Program-made: the position numbers and the translations under genes
NCBI GenBank assembly: GCA_045613465.1
Contig: JAZLBB010000091.1
Span: forward strand, 23,021 to 87,020
DNA from: Candidatus Egerieisoma sp.
GTDB taxonomy: Bacteria; Bacteroidota; Bacteroidia; Bacteroidales; UBA932
DNA length: 64,000 nt
Reading direction: 5' to 3'
Notes under the pieces: model-generated
Database searches by the model: none
The model's input: the letters and a program-made list of their open reading frames with translations, nothing else
What the model was told of the DNA's origin: nothing
Part shown: piece after piece, positions 59,722-64,000 of the stretch
Position numbering within the stretch: position 1 is the stretch's first letter
How the letters are laid out: every line of letters starts with the position of its first letter

Positions 59722-61539
59722 ATGAAAATAATAAAACAAAACATATACGGTATAATAACATGTTTACTTGTTGCAATATATTCGTTGCATACAAGTTCTT
59801 GTGCAAGTACCAAAGCTGCCCCTAGTGGTGGTCCAAAGGATACAATTCCCCCAGTTGTAGAAATGGTAAGTCCTCTTGACAATTCTACAGATTTTCCGGT
59901 GGAAGATGGTTCAATTACTGTAACTTTTAACGAGTATGTTCAAGTTAAGGATGCTAATAAGAATATATTCCTTTCCCCACCACTGAAAAAATCAGTTAAA
60001 ACAAGGATTAAAGGTAAAAGTGTGATATTTACTTTCCAAGAGCCGTTGGATTCCAACACAACATACAGTCTTAACTGTGGAAATGCAATAATAGATAATA
60101 ATGAAGGCAATCCGTTTTATGGACTTTCTTATAGTTTCTCAACTGGTAAAGAGGTTGATTCAATGATGATTAGTGGTACTGTAGTAGATGCAGTTACACT
60201 CTTCCCCATTGAAAATGCCACAGTTGCACTTTATGAGTATATTAAAGATTCTACCGTACTTAATGATAATCCTGATGCTATTGCCAGAACAGACAAATGG
60301 GGATATTTTACTGTAAAGAATCTTAAAGCAGTACCTTATTATATGTTTGCATATACTGATGGAAATACAAATTACAGGTATGATCAAGGTACTGAGCAGA
60401 TTGCTTTTGCCGATGAACCTTTTATCCCTGTAAAGGTTATGAGAAAAGATGCAGTTGAACTCAAATACTTCGATCCTAAAGATACTCTTGAATGTCTGGC
60501 CCGACCTTCAGAAATTACTTTAGCCCTTTTCTCAGAAAAAAATACTATCCAATTTATCAGAGACTATAAAAGATTCAGTAAAAGGGGTGCTTATATCAAA
60601 TTTAATGCTTCCGATGTTCAGATTGATTCATTTGCAATTCCAGGAATTAAGGATGAGAGAATTATAAAACAGTTCAATTATCAGAAAGACAGTCTTTCAA
60701 TTTGGATTAAAGATGAAGGAAAGATAAATGATACTTTAAAGCTTGCCATCAAGTATCATAAGAGCGATTCAACTGGCAATTTGGTTCCTACTGTAGAGAA
60801 CCTTAGACTGATTGCTCCATTTGAAAATAAAAATGCCAGAAACAAGAAACAGAAAAATGAGGATACAAAACGAAAAGACCTGTTGGAATTCCAGATAGAT
60901 GCCGATAAAACTATGGTTGAACAAAATGGAATAGCTCTTTCGTTCCCTGCACCTCTTGTTACTTTTGATACATCTTCTATTACATTTAAAATGCGTAATC
61001 CCAAGATGATAGAAAGTGATGTAGTATATACCGTTTCACCGGATTCAGTAATTTCAAACAAATACATCTTTAAGCCAGTCCAACAATTTATCAAGGGCAA
61101 TGATTATGAACTGAAGTTCCCTATGGCAGTTTTCAAAGATGTAAATGGTTTTACAAATGATTCTATAGATGTAAAATTTAATTTGCCAAATGATGAAACT
61201 CTAAGTTCCATAACACTTGAATTAAAAAATGTAAATGCAAGATATATAGTTGAGCTTATCAATTCCCAAAGGTCTAAAACATTTAGATCGTTTATTGTAG
61301 AGAAAGATTGTGAACTTCTTTTCCCTTATTTGAAACCTGGGGATTATTCTATTAGAATTACAGAGGATATCAATCTTAATGGAATGTTGGATACCGGAGA
61401 TCTTTTGAAACGCAGACAACCTGAAAAAGTACTGCTTTATAAATTGGGAGACGGTAAAGATATTCTTCAAATTAAAGAGAGAACAGATCTTGTTCAGGAG
61501 ATTGATATTGCTCAAATTTTTTGTAGGGAGACTAAATAA
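59722..61539 (+). CDS. Ig-like-domain lipoprotein (function unknown)
   Basis: 605 aa. Lipobox-like HTSSC and DTIPPVV Ig-like N-domain. Starts immediately after the relA/spoT stop. Confidence 0.6.
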   Translation: MKIIKQNIYGIITCLLVAIYSLHTSSCASTKAAPSGGPKDTIPPVVEMVSPLDNSTDFPVEDGSITVTFNEYVQVKDANKNIFLSPPLKKSVKTRIKGKSVIFTFQEPLDSNTTYSLNCGNAIIDNNEGNPFYGLSYSFSTGKEVDSMMISGTVVDAVTLFPIENATVALYEYIKDSTVLNDNPDAIARTDKWGYFTVKNLKAVPYYMFAYTDGNTNYRYDQGTEQIAFADEPFIPVKVMRKDAVELKYFDPKDTLECLARPSEITLALFSEKNTIQFIRDYKRFSKRGAYIKFNASDVQIDSFAIPGIKDERIIKQFNYQKDSLSIWIKDEGKINDTLKLAIKYHKSDSTGNLVPTVENLRLIAPFENKNARNKKQKNEDTKRKDLLEFQIDADKTMVEQNGIALSFPAPLVTFDTSSITFKMRNPKMIESDVVYTVSPDSVISNKYIFKPVQQFIKGNDYELKFPMAVFKDVNGFTNDSIDVKFNLPNDETLSSITLELKNVNARYIVELINSQRSKTFRSFIVEKDCELLFPYLKPGDYSIRITEDINLNGMLDTGDLLKRRQPEKVLLYKLGDGKDILQIKERTDLVQEIDIAQIFCRETK

Positions 61540-62297
61540 TGAAAAGAATATTTGCTCTGTTATTTATAATTGCAGTAACAATATTATTTGGTTCAAATAT
61601 TAGTTACGCACAAAATGAAGTTGAAAATGAAGAGGCTTATTTAAAAGAATTTGATCTTCATTCTTTTAAAGATGCCGGCACTAAGGTTAAGGACAGTACT
61701 TATCTATATCAGCATCTTTTGGGTGTCAGATGGGGATATGGCATGTCTAACGTTATGTTCAGCCAGTCAAGTAACCATAAAGGTATTACAACATCAAAAT
61801 CTGTTGGAATATATTATACATATCTCCACTCTATGTTGGGCAATCTTCCTTTTTTTGGAATTCAATTGGGAGTTGAATCAACAGAAATGGGTTATACACA
61901 TGTTACTGAGATTTCAGAAGAAGTATTTCAAGAAGATGAGCAAAGATATTCAGCACTGGATTTTCAAATGCTTGCAATTTTTAGAGCTGATATAAAGAGA
62001 TTCAGATTCTCTTTAGGTGCAGGTGGATACGGATCGTATATTTATGATACGGAACTTCCAGGAGGTATACCATCTACTACAAAAAAATCAGGTTTTGGCT
62101 TGGTTGGTCAAGGTGGAATTGCTCTAAAATTGCTTCCTTTTGAAATTCATTTAGATGCAAGTTATAAATATGGACTTACAAGTTTCCTAGATCCGCAGAT
62201 ATACTCTACAGAATATTGGCTATATACTCACCCAACTCAATTGCAGTTTTCAGTTGGTCTCCACTATAACTTTGGAGGAAAATATAAGAGGAAATAA
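61539..62297 (+). CDS. Outer-membrane beta-barrel protein (porin-family-like)
   Basis: 252 aa. Signal peptide ...SYAQ, alternating aromatic strands. The TAATG overlap with the upstream gene suggests translational coupling. Confidence 0.55.
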   Translation: MKRIFALLFIIAVTILFGSNISYAQNEVENEEAYLKEFDLHSFKDAGTKVKDSTYLYQHLLGVRWGYGMSNVMFSQSSNHKGITTSKSVGIYYTYLHSMLGNLPFFGIQLGVESTEMGYTHVTEISEEVFQEDEQRYSALDFQMLAIFRADIKRFRFSLGAGGYGSYIYDTELPGGIPSTTKKSGFGLVGQGGIALKLLPFEIHLDASYKYGLTSFLDPQIYSTEYWLYTHPTQLQFSVGLHYNFGGKYKRK

Positions 62298-62328
62298 GTT
62301 ATTCTAACTTTCAATTATTTTTATAGTT

Positions 62329-63660
62329 ATGCTATCACATATTGTAAATGCCGGTAATGTTAAAATTGGCTCTACAGAACCAATTATAGTTCAAACTATG
62401 TGCAATACACATACTCAAGATATAAATCCTTCTGTAGAACAGTGTATTGAGATGGTTAATGCTGGAGCACAAATTATCAGACTGACTACACAAGGAATGA
62501 AAGAAGTGGAGGCATTATGTGAGATAAAAGCAATACTTAGGAATAAAGGTATAAACGTTCCATTGGTTGCAGATGTTCATTTCAGTTCTGATGTAGCTAT
62601 TGCTGTTGCTAAAATTGCAGATAAAGTGAGAATAAATCCCGGCAATTTTGCAAAAGAGCATTCTGTAGCTCAAAGTCAGTTTAAAAAGTTTCTTGATGTT
62701 TGTAAAGAATATGGAACAGCAGTTAGAATAGGTGTAAATCACGGTTCTCTTGGTGAAAGAATAATAGAGAAGTATGGTGATACTCCTCTTGGAATGAAAG
62801 AAGCAGCTATGGAGTGGATAAGGATGTGTGAAGATAATGGGTTTTATAATATTGTCATTTCATTAAAAGCCAGCAATACTATTGTTATGGCTACTGCATA
62901 CAGACTTCTTTATGAGCAGATGCTCAAAGATTCAAGAGTTTATCCATTACATTTAGGTGTAACAGAAGCAGGCAATGGCGATACTGGCAGAATAAAATCT
63001 GCTGTAGGAATAGCAGCATTATTAAAAGATAAGATTGGTAACACAATAAGAGTTTCACTTACAGAAAATCCTGTCAATGAGATACCTGTAGCTAAGATAA
63101 TAGCGGATTATTTTGATTTGGGAGGTTATTCAATTAGTATAAGCAAAATAAATGACTCAATGAAGAATGGTGTTCCAGAACAACATTATGATTGCAGTAC
63201 ATGGGATGAGTTCATTATTAAAGCTTCTTGCGATTTTGGACCATTATTGCTTGACAAAGTAATAGATGACTTCAATATTTCTGCTAATATAAATGGAGAA
63301 CCTGTATCAAATGATAAAATAGAAGATTTTAAAGATAATCTTCAACAAGCTGCAAGGAGAAAATTTACAAAACCAGAATATATAGCTTGTCCGGGATGTG
63401 GAAGGACCCTTTATAACCTTGAAGAGACTTTTAATGAGGTAAAGAAAAGAACTGCACACTTAAAAGGTGTCAGAATTGCAATTATGGGTTGTATTGTTAA
63501 TGGTCCTGGTGAAATGGCTGATGCAGATTTTGGTTATGTGGGTGAAGGAAAAGGGAAGGTTTGTATTTACAAAGGTAAGGAGCCTGTCCTCCGTTCAGTC
63601 CCTCAAGAAGAGGCAATAGATGCTCTTCTTGAGGTTATAGAGCAGAATATTCAGTTATAA
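62329..63660 (+). CDS. ispG: 4-hydroxy-3-methylbut-2-enyl diphosphate synthase
   Basis: 443 aa. TIM-barrel part (VQTMCNTHT, RINPGN, IGVNHGSL, HLGVTEAG). Cluster ligands CPGCGRT and GCIVNGPGE. About 70 extra residues lie between the two domains. Confidence 0.9.
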   Translation: MLSHIVNAGNVKIGSTEPIIVQTMCNTHTQDINPSVEQCIEMVNAGAQIIRLTTQGMKEVEALCEIKAILRNKGINVPLVADVHFSSDVAIAVAKIADKVRINPGNFAKEHSVAQSQFKKFLDVCKEYGTAVRIGVNHGSLGERIIEKYGDTPLGMKEAAMEWIRMCEDNGFYNIVISLKASNTIVMATAYRLLYEQMLKDSRVYPLHLGVTEAGNGDTGRIKSAVGIAALLKDKIGNTIRVSLTENPVNEIPVAKIIADYFDLGGYSISISKINDSMKNGVPEQHYDCSTWDEFIIKASCDFGPLLLDKVIDDFNISANINGEPVSNDKIEDFKDNLQQAARRKFTKPEYIACPGCGRTLYNLEETFNEVKKRTAHLKGVRIAIMGCIVNGPGEMADADFGYVGEGKGKVCIYKGKEPVLRSVPQEEAIDALLEVIEQNIQL

Positions 63661-64000
63661 GTTTCCAATCTGCTATATCTTGGGTTTGTGAAACTTTTTT
63701 CCCAGATAAGAAGAATTGATATATAAGTTCCCTCACATCAGAGTGTTTGCTTATAATCAGTTCTTCTAATTTATTTACAGGATATCCTGTTGCATCACAT
63801 AAAATATCTCCTCCCCCATTTGCCCTATATGAAACCATTGCTACTTTATATGTATCAGTTAAAGAGAATTCCTTTCCATTTATAAATGAATGAATTGTAA
63901 TTCTATGCCCCGACGGTTTCTTACAATCCACCGAATACCTTAATCCTCCTGCACAGTCGAATTTGACTGGTGAACCTTTGAATTGTCCATATTTATCGTA
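63635..64000 (-). CDS. C-terminal part of a 5'-nucleotidase/metallophosphatase-like protein (5' end outside the window)
   Basis: The reverse frame is open to the window edge (...YDKYGQFKGSPVKFDCAGGLRYSVDCKKPSGHRITIHS...MVSYRANGGGD), resembling the 5'-nucleotidase C-terminal domain. Overlaps the ispG 3' end by 26 nt. Confidence 0.45.
   Translation of the reverse strand, partial: YDKYGQFKGSPVKFDCAGGLRYSVDCKKPSGHRITIHSFINGKEFSLTDTYKVAMVSYRANGGGDILCDATGYPVNKLEELIISKHSDVRELIYQFFLSGKKVSQTQDIADWKLITEYSAL

Overview
AT-rich chromosomal segment that looks like core Bacteroidota (probably Bacteroidales). The evidence is repeated TAnnTTTG -7 promoter boxes 15-80 bp upstream of start codons, no Shine-Dalgarno signals, lipoprotein/Omp85/DUF5020-type genes, and an rny/zapA/EtfAB-ACAD/PPi-PFK gene set. 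About 58 protein genes are tightly packed in operon-like runs. They cover housekeeping and anaerobic energy metabolism: ADP-forming acyl-CoA synthetase with a 4-subunit 2-oxoacid:ferredoxin oxidoreductase, EtfBA with acyl-CoA dehydrogenase, PEPCK, PPi-PFK, flavodiiron protein, HydG, ValRS, LigA, RecQ, RelA/SpoT, RNase Y, TatAC and IspG. I saw no rRNA, tRNA, CRISPR array, transposase, integrase or recognisable defence cassette. Six things are not explained by ordinary annotation. (1) The word TCCCGAC(A/G) occurs at least 29 times on both strands and in three reading frames, roughly 10x expectation. (2) A palindromic intergenic element of about 125-135 bp with 21-23 bp terminal inverted repeats is present twice. 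(3) There is an orphan tandem pair of WYL-domain regulators, PafBC-like in architecture. (4) There is a tandem NagA pair in which the second copy has lost most catalytic and metal-ligand residues. (5) A structured intergenic RNA candidate lies between zapA and rny. (6) Several ORF-track starts are contradicted by promoter and terminator positions. All functional calls come from motif recognition by eye. No database search was run.
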